Shown one piece after another: positions 8,853-18,446 of a stretch of 42,205 nt of DNA. Every line of letters begins with the position of its first letter. The stretch's first letter is position 1. The stretch lies in sequence record SRR31156797_18765, one strand, 5' to 3'. Under the pieces are notes generated by a model, which saw only the letters and a program-made list of their open reading frames with translations, made no database searches and was not told the DNA's origin. Made by a program: the position numbers and the translations under genes.

Positions 8853-10067
8853 TTAGTCCGGCAGTTCACCATTAAAATCTACAACATTCCACGGAAGACC
8901 GCACCTGTTCAGTTCGTCCATAAAAGTGTCAGGGTCGAGCTGTTCAACGTTCCAGACGCCAGCACCGCTCCAAATCCCTTTCACCATCATCATAGCGCCG
9001 ATCATAGCCGGAACGCCGGTTGTGTATGAGACAGCTTGTGACTGAACCTCTGCGAATGCTTCTGCGTGGTCGCAGACGTTATATATATACTTCTTCTGTT
9101 CTTTTCCGTTTTTCTCACCGTCGAAGACACAGCCGATTACAGCCTTGCCTGTATATCCTTCGCCGAGTGTGCCAGGGTCAGGGAGGAGTGCCTTTAGGAA
9201 TTTTATAGGAACGATCTTCTGACCGTCAAAGTCAACTTCGTCGATGCGTGTCATGCCGACATTGTCGAGAACTTTCAGGTGGGTTATGTACGCCTCTCCA
9301 AAGGTCATCCAGAACCTGATGCGTTCAAGCCCTTTGATGTGCTTTACGAGGGACTCCATCTCTTCGTGATAGAGCATATAGCTCTCTCTTGCACCAACCT
9401 CTGGGTATTCAAAAGGGAAGTGAACACAGTCATCGTTAAGGATGGCGGGTGTCTCAATCCACTCACCGTCTTTCCAGTGGCGGACAGTTTGGGTCACTTC
9501 ACGGATGTTTATCTCAGGGTTAAAGTTTGTGGCGAACGGGTGCCCGTGGTCGCCGGCGTTACAGTCGAGGATATCGATAGTCTTTATGCTGTCGAAGTGG
9601 TGCTTTTGTGCGTATGCACAGAATATATTTGTCACTCCCGGGTCAAACCCGCAGCCGAGAACAGCCATAAGCCCTTTCTCTTTAAATTTATCCTGATAAG
9701 CCCACTGCCAGCTGTATTCGAAGTGAGCTTCGTCTATAGGCTCATAGTTAGCCGTGTCGAGGTAGTGAACCTCCGCCTCAAGACAGGCATCCATAATGGT
9801 AAGATCCTGATAAGGGAGCGCAACGTTTATCACCATAAAAGGCTTTTCAGCTTTCAGCAGTGCCGTAAGTTCAGGTACATTGTCAGCGTCTACGCCTGCT
9901 GTTTTTATATCAATATTGTATAAATCTTTTACTTGTTTAGCTATGTCGTCGCATTTGCTTTTTGTTCTGCTGGCGATCACTATCTCAGTGAATACATCGC
10001 TGTTCTGAGCACATTTTTTCGCCACAACATTCCCGACGCCACCTGCGCCGATGATAAGAATTTTCAT
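8853..10067 (-). CDS. carboxy(nor)spermidine dehydrogenase (saccharopine dehydrogenase family)
   Basis: IIGAGGVG; NVALPYQDLTIMDAC; YLDTANYE; GFDPG; FATNFNPEINIRE; adjacent to nspC. Confidence 0.93.
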   Translation of the reverse strand: MKILIIGAGGVGNVVAKKCAQNSDVFTEIVIASRTKSKCDDIAKQVKDLYNIDIKTAGVDADNVPELTALLKAEKPFMVINVALPYQDLTIMDACLEAEVHYLDTANYEPIDEAHFEYSWQWAYQDKFKEKGLMAVLGCGFDPGVTNIFCAYAQKHHFDSIKTIDILDCNAGDHGHPFATNFNPEINIREVTQTVRHWKDGEWIETPAILNDDCVHFPFEYPEVGARESYMLYHEEMESLVKHIKGLERIRFWMTFGEAYITHLKVLDNVGMTRIDEVDFDGQKIVPIKFLKALLPDPGTLGEGYTGKAVIGCVFDGEKNGKEQKKYIYNVCDHAEAFAEVQSQAVSYTTGVPAMIGAMMMVKGIWSGAGVWNVEQLDPDTFMDELNRCGLPWNVVDFNGELPD

Positions 10068-10167
10068 ACTTAAATTCTCCTTTCTACTTTATGTTTCTCA
10101 TAGATAGATGCCAACGAGTGTAGAAATATGGTAACATCTTTCCATAAGGATTTGGCTGTAAGCCTGC

Positions 10168-12123
10168 TCACTCTTTTTCGTAGTAAGTGTAGCCTCTAAG
10201 CCCTTCGTTAAATCCATGCAGGATGGTTCTTCTATCTTTAGCAGTGATATAACCCTCTTTAATAGAGTCCTCTGCTATAGCTTTAAGTCTGTTTTTCATA
10301 GCTTTTACGTCATATTCGACATATTCGAGAACATCAGCGACTGAATCACCCTCAAGCTCTTGCGAAACCTCGTATGAACCGTCATCATTTACATAAACTG
10401 AGACTATATGAGTGTCGCCAAAGAGGTTGTGCAGATCGCCGAGTGTCTCCTGATATGCCCCCACAAGGAAAACGCCCAGATAGTATTCTTCCTCTTCTTT
10501 AAGCGGGTGCAGCATGAGAAGTTTCTTCGTCTCTTCCATGTCTGGAAACTGTCTGATAACACCGTCACAGTCGCATGTTATGTCAGATATTATTGCCGGC
10601 TGAGTAGGAGCCTCATTGAGCCTGTGTATAGGTACAACAGGAAAAATCTGGTCGATAGCCCAAACATCCGGAAGGGATTGAAAGAGGCTGAAATTACCGT
10701 AGTAGGTGTCGTAAAGTAGCTGGTCTATATAGTAGACATCTTTCGGCACATGTTTTAGTGTCATGCCGAGCTTGGAAATTTTAATTAGAATATGACGGAC
10801 GATATTCTCCGCCTGAGCTTTCTCTCTGAGAGATATTTGACCGTGCTTAAATAGCTGCCTTGATTGGTTACGGTAAAAGAGTACGTCGTTACAGCACTCC
10901 TGTATAGTTTTAGGTGCGATCATTTCATAGGTGGCTAATAAATTCTCTATGAGATCATTAGTCGATTCAGGAGCTTCATCCGGCAGAGGATGCGGTATGA
11001 AAGATGAAACATCAAGTACGTTAAACAGAAGGATGGAGTAGTAGGCGACAGTTGCACGACCAGATTCAGTTATGATTGTCGGGTGAGGTATGCCGTTTTT
11101 GCCGAGAACAGTTATAATAGACTCGACTATGTCGTAGCAGTATTCCTCTGTGGAGTAGTTTCGGCTGGAGCTGTTGTTAGTGTTTGACCCGTCGTAGTCA
11201 ACCGCCAGACCACCGCCGAAATCGATAATCTGCATGTTTGCGCCCTCTTTGACAAGCTCCTCATAAACACGGCAGGCTTCCATTGCGCCTGCTCGGATGT
11301 CTCTGATGTTCGCTATCTGAGAGCCTATATGGTAATGAAGCAGATGCAGACAATCCAGCATCTCCTCATCTTTAAGCTTGTCTATTACGTCTATCATCTG
11401 GCTTATGGTCAACCCGAAGACAGAGTTGTCCCCGCCTGATTCCGACCACTGACCTTCCGCCTGCGTTGTCAGTTTAGTACGCAGACCGAGCAGAGGTTTA
11501 ACTTTCAGAGCTCTAGCTCTTTCTAAGATAACGTTTATCTCACCGGGAACCTCAACTACGAAGTAGCATTTGAAGCCCATTTTCACTGCGTTCAGCCCAA
11601 GGTCTATGAATTCTTCATCTTTATATCCATTACATATAAGATAGGCATCACGGTTGTTAAGCATGGATAGTGCGGCGATCAGCTCAGGCTTACTTCCGGC
11701 TTCGAGTCCGTGGTTAAACTCTTTTCCGTACTTAGCGATGGTTTCGATAACCTGTTCCTGCTGGTTAACCTTAATGGGGAAAACGCCTTTGTATTCGCCT
11801 TTGTATCCGGTTTCTTTTATTACGTCTTTGAAGGTTCCGTGAAGGTGTTTGATCTGAGAGCCGAGGATGTTTTCTATACGGAGGATGACAGGCATGGATA
11901 GCCCCCGCTCCTCTATCTCGCATGCGATTTTATGGAGGCTGATCTCAGGTCCGTTCCCTTTACCGAAAGGGGTGACAATCATGTCGCCGTTATCGTCAAC
12001 ATTGAAATACTCTACGCCCCACTTGTTGACACCATAGTGCTCGGCTGCCTCTTCAACTGTCCAGTTTTTTGCTCTTTCAGGGTCTCTCCACATGTTACGG
12101 CTCCGGGATATATGTTGACTCAT
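10168..12123 (-). CDS. speA: biosynthetic arginine decarboxylase
   Basis: FPIKVNQ, GLEAGSKPEL, HYHIGSQ, DFGGGL, ESGRA, NFSLFQSLPD, DITCDCDG, GAYQETLGDLHNLFG. Confidence 0.96.
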   Translation of the reverse strand: MSQHISRSRNMWRDPERAKNWTVEEAAEHYGVNKWGVEYFNVDDNGDMIVTPFGKGNGPEISLHKIACEIEERGLSMPVILRIENILGSQIKHLHGTFKDVIKETGYKGEYKGVFPIKVNQQEQVIETIAKYGKEFNHGLEAGSKPELIAALSMLNNRDAYLICNGYKDEEFIDLGLNAVKMGFKCYFVVEVPGEINVILERARALKVKPLLGLRTKLTTQAEGQWSESGGDNSVFGLTISQMIDVIDKLKDEEMLDCLHLLHYHIGSQIANIRDIRAGAMEACRVYEELVKEGANMQIIDFGGGLAVDYDGSNTNNSSSRNYSTEEYCYDIVESIITVLGKNGIPHPTIITESGRATVAYYSILLFNVLDVSSFIPHPLPDEAPESTNDLIENLLATYEMIAPKTIQECCNDVLFYRNQSRQLFKHGQISLREKAQAENIVRHILIKISKLGMTLKHVPKDVYYIDQLLYDTYYGNFSLFQSLPDVWAIDQIFPVVPIHRLNEAPTQPAIISDITCDCDGVIRQFPDMEETKKLLMLHPLKEEEEYYLGVFLVGAYQETLGDLHNLFGDTHIVSVYVNDDGSYEVSQELEGDSVADVLEYVEYDVKAMKNRLKAIAEDSIKEGYITAKDRRTILHGFNEGLRGYTYYEKE

Positions 12124-12454
12124 TTTAACATATAAGATTATTGTTTACTATTATTAGCACATTTGTCAGGGAATTTACAAAGCAAAGAGTATTTAAGGCT
12201 TTTTTAGTTATAAGTCAATATGTAAATTCGCAAGTGATGTGATAAAAATAAAGGTAAAAGATTATAAATTACATAAGAAAATAACCGCTCTGATTGTGTT
12301 ATATTAGTATTTTTGCAGGAAATTCGTTTTTTTATATATGATAAAAGTGATACTTTTGTGTAAAAAATCGATTTTGTGTAATTTTTTGCGAGTTTTTTAT
12401 TTGTAGCGAAAACAATATAAATGTATATAATTGTCATGTCAAAAAGGGTGCGAC

Positions 12455-12997
12455 ATGATCACATTTGTAGATATCTTAGGTATAGCCGTAGCTTTGAGTA
12501 TTGATGCTTTTTGCGTTTCTGTCTGTATAGGGATGCGATTTCATAAGCCTGTTCACTACGTCCGGCTTGGTGTTTCTTTCGGTTTTTTCCAGTTTCTGAT
12601 GCCTGTGATAGGCGCTTTTACTGGTCGGGTGCTTCTTGGCTACACCGATAACCTCAAATATTTTGCCGCCCTGATACTCTTCTTTGTCGCTTTCAATATG
12701 TTCAAATCCGGTGTTCAGAATAAAGAGTGTAAGGTTTACTTTTCAGACCCAACCGTTGGAGTGTCGCTTCTGATGCTTTCACTCGCCACAAGTATGGACG
12801 CTCTCGGCGCCGGGCTTTCGCTCGCACTTTGGAGCGGCGGGATAGTTTTCGCATCAGGAGTGATAGGTGTTGTCTGTATACTTTTCTCACTTGCCGGTGT
12901 CCGCATGGGGTGCAGAAGTAAAAAATATATCGGTCATTACGCAGAATACCTTGGGGCTGTTGTGCTCGGTCTTATCGGTGTAAAATTTATTTTCTAA
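12455..12997 (+). CDS. mntP: manganese efflux pump MntP family
   Basis: Two repeats ALSIDAF / ATSMDAL; FGFFQFLMPVIG; multiple TM helices. ATG 12455 preferred as start. Confidence 0.88.
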   Translation: MITFVDILGIAVALSIDAFCVSVCIGMRFHKPVHYVRLGVSFGFFQFLMPVIGAFTGRVLLGYTDNLKYFAALILFFVAFNMFKSGVQNKECKVYFSDPTVGVSLLMLSLATSMDALGAGLSLALWSGGIVFASGVIGVVCILFSLAGVRMGCRSKKYIGHYAEYLGAVVLGLIGVKFIF

Positions 12998-13056
12998 TAG
13001 TTTCACCCGGTTCTTTCTGTTATCCTCATTGTATAATTAATAATTGCGAGTGACTT

Positions 13057-14892
13057 ATGGGATATAGAAACCTTCGGTCGTGTCTGGACGATCTTGAAAA
13101 ACATGGACAGCTTAAAAGAATAGATGTTGAGGTCGATCCTTATCTTGAGGTCGGGCTTATTCAGCGTATGGTTTACCGCAACGGCGGACCGGCTCTGCTT
13201 TTCACTAATGTGAAGGGGAGCAAGTTCCCTATGGCTGGTAACATCTTCGGAACACTTGAACGCACTAGATTTATCTTCCGTGATGCACTCCCTGTTATCG
13301 AGGCTATGGTCAAGGCGAAGCTTTCACCGAAAGAAGTATTAAAGGACTTCAGAGCCATCTCAAAATTACCGAAGGGGGCTTATAATCTGCTCCCGAAATC
13401 AGTGTCAAACGGTGCGATAATGGATAACTCATGCGGGCTTTCTGACCTGCCACAGCTTGTCGGCTGGCCTATGGATGGTGGTGCATTTATCACACTCCCG
13501 CTGGTTTATTCTGAGTCACAGGCGGGCGGGTATAAGAACAGCAACCTCGGTATGTACCGTGTGCAGATATCGGGGAACGAATATAGAGAAGATGAGTGCG
13601 GTCTGCACTATCAGATACATAGAGGGATAGGTGTTCATCATCGTGAGGCGGAGCAGGCTGGGGAAAAGCTCCGTGTTAATGTATTTATCGGCGGTGCGCC
13701 GTCGATGACTCTGGCGGCTGTGATGCCTCTGCCGGAGGGAATGCCGGAGGTCGCTTTTGCTGGTGTTCTCGGCGGTCACAGAGTTCCATACGTTAAGCGT
13801 GACGGAATGCTCCCTATGCCTGCTGAGTGTGATTTTGTAATCTCAGGAACTATAAACCCTAACACTGTCAGACCGGAAGGTCCATTTGGCGACCACGTAG
13901 GTTATTACTCCCTCAAACACGATTTCCCTATGATGAAAGTTGATAAAGTATGGCATCGCAATGACGCTATATTTCCGTTCACATCTGTGGGTAGACCACC
14001 GCAGGAGGACACAAGCTTTGGTGATTTTATCCATGAGCTTACGGGCGATCTAATCCCTGATGTTTTGCCTGGTGTAAAGGCGGTGCACGCTGTTGATGTT
14101 GCTGGCGTTCATCCGCTTCTGCTCGCTATCGGCAGCGAGAGGTATACGCCTTACGAGGAGCAGAAAGAGCCTAAAGAGATTTTGACTCAGGCGAATGCGA
14201 TTCTCGGGCAGGGTCAGCTCTCACTTGCGAAATATCTTTTCATAGCAAACCACTACGACGACAAGTCGTTAGACATACATAAACCGGAAGTATTTTTGAA
14301 GCATATGCTTGAGAGGGTGGACTGGAGGCGTGATCTCCACTTTCAGACATCAGTTACCATCGATACTCTCGACTATACAGGACACGGGCTGAATAGAGGA
14401 TCTAAGGTGGCTATAGCCGCCGCAGGTGATAAGGTACGGGAGCTTACTGGCGATGTTCCGGAGGATATGATTCTCCCGAACGGTTTTGAGAAACCGCTTG
14501 CTGTGATGGATGGTGTGCTCGCCATTAAAGGTCCGAAATGTCTCAGCGAGAGGGGCGAACCAGATAAGATGATGGAGCATTTCTGCCAGAGTATCGAGCT
14601 TGATAGACCGATAAATAAGTTTCCGCTGATAGTAATTGTTGATGATTCTGAATTCGTTGCCGCTGATATAGACAATTTCCTCTGGGTTACGTTTACACGC
14701 TCTAATCCGGCAACTGATGTCTACGGAATCGGTTCATATACTCATTGTAAGCACTTCGGGTGCGAGGGCTCACTTGTTATAGATGCACGTACAAAACCGT
14801 TTCATGCCCCCGCTTTAGAGATGGACGAGGATGTTGAGAAGCGTGTAATGGAGATGGGAGCAAAAGGGTGTCCCTTAGAGGGACTGCTATAG
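13057..14892 (+). CDS. UbiD family (prFMN-dependent) decarboxylase
   Basis: WPMDGGAFIT, NLGMYR, EGPFGDHVGYY, VGRPPQED, IDTLDY motifs. Confidence 0.92.
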   Translation: MGYRNLRSCLDDLEKHGQLKRIDVEVDPYLEVGLIQRMVYRNGGPALLFTNVKGSKFPMAGNIFGTLERTRFIFRDALPVIEAMVKAKLSPKEVLKDFRAISKLPKGAYNLLPKSVSNGAIMDNSCGLSDLPQLVGWPMDGGAFITLPLVYSESQAGGYKNSNLGMYRVQISGNEYREDECGLHYQIHRGIGVHHREAEQAGEKLRVNVFIGGAPSMTLAAVMPLPEGMPEVAFAGVLGGHRVPYVKRDGMLPMPAECDFVISGTINPNTVRPEGPFGDHVGYYSLKHDFPMMKVDKVWHRNDAIFPFTSVGRPPQEDTSFGDFIHELTGDLIPDVLPGVKAVHAVDVAGVHPLLLAIGSERYTPYEEQKEPKEILTQANAILGQGQLSLAKYLFIANHYDDKSLDIHKPEVFLKHMLERVDWRRDLHFQTSVTIDTLDYTGHGLNRGSKVAIAAAGDKVRELTGDVPEDMILPNGFEKPLAVMDGVLAIKGPKCLSERGEPDKMMEHFCQSIELDRPINKFPLIVIVDDSEFVAADIDNFLWVTFTRSNPATDVYGIGSYTHCKHFGCEGSLVIDARTKPFHAPALEMDEDVEKRVMEMGAKGCPLEGLL

Positions 14893-14964
14893 CACAATAC
14901 TGTGACCGTGGTATACGTTCCTAGTTTTGCGCCTCCCGATGGTCGGCTTGATATAGTTATAGCT

Positions 14965-15050
14965 GTCATTGCGAGGAGTCAGAGACGACGTGGCAATCTC
15001 GGCTGCGGCTGAGATCATTACGTCAGCCTGTCAGGCTTCCTCATGATGAC
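14965..15050. repeat. REP-like palindromic element (GTCATTGCGAG...GCAATCTC type), two inverted units
   Basis: GTCATTGCGAGGA pairs imperfectly with TCCTCATGATGAC; GACGTGGCAATCTC pairs with GAGATCATTACGTC; small inner hairpins. A related copy lies at 16101-16187. Confidence 0.75.
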
Positions 15051-15054
15051 TTTT

Positions 15055-16086
15055 CTATTTGATAACTATATCGTGGTCTTGCTTTGATGTGACCTGACCA
15101 ATTACCTGAGCAGGGATATCTTCTTTGGTGAGTTCGTTTAATAACTGATCAACGTCTTTTTCTGACACGCCAATCAAGAGTCCGCCGGATGTTTGCGGAT
15201 CGAAGAAAACCATGTGTGCATTATCAGCTTTCATTTCAAACTGACACTTACCGCTTAAAAATTCCATATTCGAGTAGGCACCTGCGGGAATGATGAAATC
15301 CTTTGCATATTGGAATGCGCCCGCAAGCGTTGGTGTTGATTCATTTATTACAGCCGTTAAGCCTGAGCCGTATGCCATCTCGTATGCGTGACCAGCTAAG
15401 CCGAAGCCGGTGATATCAGTGCATGCGGAGACATCATATTTTTTCATTGTATCGGATGCGAGGCTGTTACTTTGGAGCATAATATCTGTGACAGCTTTTA
15501 CATCTTCATCTGATGCTTTCTCAGCTTTAAGAGCGGTTGTTATTAACCCTATGCCGAGTGGCTTTGTATAGACGAGCTTGTCGCCTTCACGAAGACCTAT
15601 GTTCTTATAAATCTTACCGTCTGTGATCTTTCCTGTAATAGAGAAGCCGAGCTTAATCTCCGGGTCGTCAACAGTGTGACCGCCGGCGAGTGTACAGCCA
15701 GCCTCAGCGAATTCATCGCACGCACCCTGCATCATAGCTTTAATAACTTCGCCACCGATGTTGCAGTTGTAAAGGAGTACGCTCAAAGCTGTTACAGGGG
15801 TTCCGCCCATAGCGTAAACGTCGCTCATAGAGTTGAGCGCAGATATGCGACCGAAGTTGTAAGGATCATTTACCACAGGGGTTATGAAATCAACTGTCTG
15901 GACAAGATAAACACCGCCGCCAATATCGAACACACCGGCATCGTCACCAGTCTCAAACCCCACAAGGAGCTGCTCTGGTCTGCTCATCTTTAAGCCATTA
16001 AGTGTGTCTGCAAGGTCCGCCGGACCCATCTTAGCTGCTCAGCCTGCGGCTTTAGCGTAAGATGTTAATGGTCGTTGTGGTGTCAA
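15055..16086 (-). CDS. selD: selenide, water dikinase (selenophosphate synthetase), Sec-containing
   Basis: TTG 16086 after AAGGGA reads MTPQRPLTSYAKAAG-UGA-AAKMGP (UGA at 16039-16041, at the catalytic C/U-x-x-K site). DDAGV, QTVDFITP, GGHT, TDITGFGL, DPQTSGGLL motifs. Confidence 0.95.
16009..16038 (-). promoter_or_regulatory. SECIS-like hairpin of selD
   Basis: After UGA: GCA-gcu-AAG-aug-GGUCC-ggc-GGACC-UU-GC stem-loop with G-led loop. Confidence 0.6.
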
Positions 16087-16100
16087 AATTAAAATCCCTT

Positions 16101-16187
16101 GTCACTATGAGGAGAAACGAAGTTTCGACGTGATAGTCTCAGCCGTAGCTAAGATGCTCACCCTGAACAAGTTCAGCTCAGCATGAC
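16101..16187. repeat. REP-like palindromic element, second diverged/hybrid copy
   Basis: GTCACTATGAGGAG-AAACGAAGTTT-CGACGTGATAGTCTC aligns with GTCATTGCGAGGAG-TCAGAGA-CGACGTGGCAATCTC. Right half is AGATGCT...CTGAAC-AA-GTTCAG...AGCATGAC. Confidence 0.7.
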
Positions 16188-16197
16188 GTTTGTTGAT

Positions 16198-16231
16198 AAA
16201 AAAAGGGCGCACCGTTAAAGTACGCCCTCTT
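16198..16231 (-). terminator. terminator after aminotransferase
   Basis: Minus strand AGGGCGTAC-tttaacg-GTGCGCCCT followed by a T run. Confidence 0.8.
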
Positions 16232-16249
16232 AGATATTATGTCAAAAAA

Positions 16250-17557
16250 TTATTTGCTAAGTTCGCCGCAAGCCTTGTAGATGATAGCAAAAAGATCATC
16301 TGTATCTGACTCGTCGAGGCAAGAGAAAGCGAGACGGAGGTCTGTTTTATTAACAGAGATTGTTCCGACACCGTATTTCTCAAGGAGGTAAATTCTAAGC
16401 TCTTCAGCATCTAAATTTTTCAGCTTGAGGCACATGAAGTAACCTGAGTTGAATGGGTAGAAGTCGAATTGATCAGAGAAGTCGTTCTCTTTGAGAGCTT
16501 TTTTGAAGCTTACCGCACGTCCTTTCATGATAGCGACTTTGCCGGCACGCTCAGCGTCGAACTCTGTGTTTTCAAGAGCTCTGAGCATGATCGACTGAGA
16601 GGAGTGTGGGCAGTTAGAGATCGTACCTCTGATGAGCCCGGTAACTTTCTTCTCAAGAGCAGCCATCATCGCAGACTGGTCAGCACCGCTAGTGTTTCCG
16701 AATGTGATAAAACCAACACGGAGCCCCCATACAAAGTGCTCTTTTGTTGAACCGTCAAGCTTAACAGCGAGAAGGTTGTCACTCTTTCCAGCGAGTAGAC
16801 CGAATATTGACTCTTTATACACATCATCTTCATAGAAGAGACCGAAGTATGCGTCGTCAGTAACAGCAACTATTTTTGTTCCGCTGTTTGCGATCTCAAG
16901 AAGCCCTTCAGCGATAGCTTTCGCCTCTGGAGTTGTCGGAGCGTAACCTGACGGGTTGTTAGGGAAGTTGAGGATTACTGTAATCTTGCCAGAGAGCTGT
17001 GCGCACTCACGGCATTTTGTAAGGAGAGCCTCAACGTCGAATCCGCCCTGCTCGTTAAATGTATTATATGTAGCTATTTCAGCTCCGCCGATGACGGAGA
17101 ACGTAAGTCTGTAATTACCCCAGAATTTGTCTGGGAGCACAAGTGTATCGCCTCTGTCGAGGAACATGTCACCCACAAGCTTAAGACCGTGAGTGAGAGC
17201 GTTAGTCACTACAGGGAGTGAGGTTTCAACTGGTAGAGATGGAGTATCGTGCTTGATCTTCTCTTTCCATTTTTTACGAAGCTCAGGCTTACCTGAGGAT
17301 GGAGCGTACGGGAAGATGTCAGCAGGTTTCATATCTGTAAAACACTGGTAAACGCTGTCGAGGAACATAGGTCCTTTATCGTCCGTTGCGATACCAATCG
17401 TCACATTATATTTACTAGCTTTTTCCTTAGCTTCAGCTGATTGTGTTACGATGCCCTTCGGCATAAAGAGATTCTTTCCGAGTTCTGACAGCATGTCGAG
17501 AACTGCCGGGTTGTCCTTTGCAATAATTTCATTTAGCTCTTTCGCTAATGCATTCAC
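16250..17557 (-). CDS. class I/II PLP aminotransferase (aspartate aminotransferase-like)
   Basis: NFPNNPSGY, TDDAYFG, KLDGSTKE..WGLRVG. GTG start at 17557 after GGAGG. Confidence 0.9.
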   Translation of the reverse strand: MNALAKELNEIIAKDNPAVLDMLSELGKNLFMPKGIVTQSAEAKEKASKYNVTIGIATDDKGPMFLDSVYQCFTDMKPADIFPYAPSSGKPELRKKWKEKIKHDTPSLPVETSLPVVTNALTHGLKLVGDMFLDRGDTLVLPDKFWGNYRLTFSVIGGAEIATYNTFNEQGGFDVEALLTKCRECAQLSGKITVILNFPNNPSGYAPTTPEAKAIAEGLLEIANSGTKIVAVTDDAYFGLFYEDDVYKESIFGLLAGKSDNLLAVKLDGSTKEHFVWGLRVGFITFGNTSGADQSAMMAALEKKVTGLIRGTISNCPHSSQSIMLRALENTEFDAERAGKVAIMKGRAVSFKKALKENDFSDQFDFYPFNSGYFMCLKLKNLDAEELRIYLLEKYGVGTISVNKTDLRLAFSCLDESDTDDLFAIIYKACGELSK

Positions 17558-17747
17558 GATGCACCTCCATATATAAAGGCAAAAGTATCTTATTAATAGA
17601 ACAATGCCTATTGCTTGTCTATAGAAAAATCCCATATTGAAAGGTATTGTTGCTGATAAAAGGATAAAGATATATTATAAGTTATTGAGTCAAATTTGTT
17701 TTTAATGTTATGAGCAGATGCTATAAAAGGTGATTAAGGAGGAAAAT

Positions 17748-18257
17748 ATGAATTTTGAACTTGTAGGCGCACTTAAAACTGCATATGAAGCAGAGAAGGA
17801 CGGCGTTAGAACTTATCTCGGTTTTGCAAAACAGACAAAGGTGGCTGGAGCTAAAGATATGTTTATCCAGCTCGCCCTTGATGAAGTAGATCATATGGAG
17901 ATGCTCCAGAGCTTTATGGAGAAAACCCTTATGGGACAGACATACACAACAGTTGACGTTCCTGAGGCAAGACTCGCAGGTATCAGAGCTGACGTTGCTG
18001 ATGCGACAAGACAACAGCTTGCGCCTTCTGATGTTTCAGATGAGCAGGCTCTTAAGATCGCTATGGAGCAGGAAAAGAAGGCTAAAGAATTCTATCTTGC
18101 TGAGTCTGAAAAGGCTGAAGATCAAGCTGTTAAGGATTTTTTCGCTAAGATGGCAGGCGTAGAGCAGAAGCACTATGATATCCTCTCAGCAGAGCTTAAC
18201 TACATGCAGAATTCCGGTTTCTGGTTTGATGCAATGGAGTTTTCTTTAGAGAAATAA
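17748..18257 (+). CDS. ferritin-like/rubrerythrin-family diiron protein
   Basis: Two E...ExxH halves (EAEKDG/DEVDH; EQEKKA/VEQKH); AAGGAGG RBS before ATG 17748. Confidence 0.88.
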   Translation: MNFELVGALKTAYEAEKDGVRTYLGFAKQTKVAGAKDMFIQLALDEVDHMEMLQSFMEKTLMGQTYTTVDVPEARLAGIRADVADATRQQLAPSDVSDEQALKIAMEQEKKAKEFYLAESEKAEDQAVKDFFAKMAGVEQKHYDILSAELNYMQNSGFWFDAMEFSLEK

Positions 18258-18284
18258 AATTCTGTAAAAATCTATGATAAATTG

Positions 18285-18313
18285 TTGACAAAGGCGGAGA
18301 GTATTGATATATT
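18285..18313 (+). promoter_or_regulatory. sigma70-type promoter for tRNA-Asn
   Basis: TTGACA-17 nt-TATATT shortly upstream of the tRNA. Confidence 0.7.
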
Positions 18314-18332
18314 CTCCGTCTGTTACAAATAA

Positions 18333-18405
18333 TCCCTGGTAGCTCAATCGGCAGAGCGGTTGACTGTTAATCAATAGGTTGCTGGTTCAAGTCCAGCCCA
18401 GGGAG
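18333..18405 (+). tRNA. tRNA-Asn (GTT), CCA not encoded
   Basis: Acceptor TCCCTGG/CCAGGGA; D arm AGCTCAATCGGCAGAGC; anticodon loop CTGTTAA; T arm GCTGGTTCAAGTCCAGC. Confidence 0.97.
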
Positions 18406-18413
18406 CTTTTAAT

Positions 18414-18446
18414 AAAACCCGTTGGAGAAATCTGACGGGTTTTTTT
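18414..18446 (+). terminator. terminator after tRNA-Asn
   Basis: AAAACCCGTTGGA-gaaa-TCTGACGGGTTTT followed by a T run. Confidence 0.85.

Noticed and set aside
9279-9923. 214-aa + strand ORF inside CASDH
   Set aside because: Antisense shadow with no family features.
10068-10167. Weak stems (TTTCTAC/GTAGAAA, TATGG/CCATA) between speA and CASDH
   Set aside because: Short AT-rich pairings compatible with chance; no known motif.
12124-12454. yybP-ykoY Mn riboswitch upstream of mntP, and the 77-aa minus-strand ORF
   Set aside because: Region is very AT-rich with no GGGGAGUA-type core; the ORF looks like noise in a divergent promoter region.
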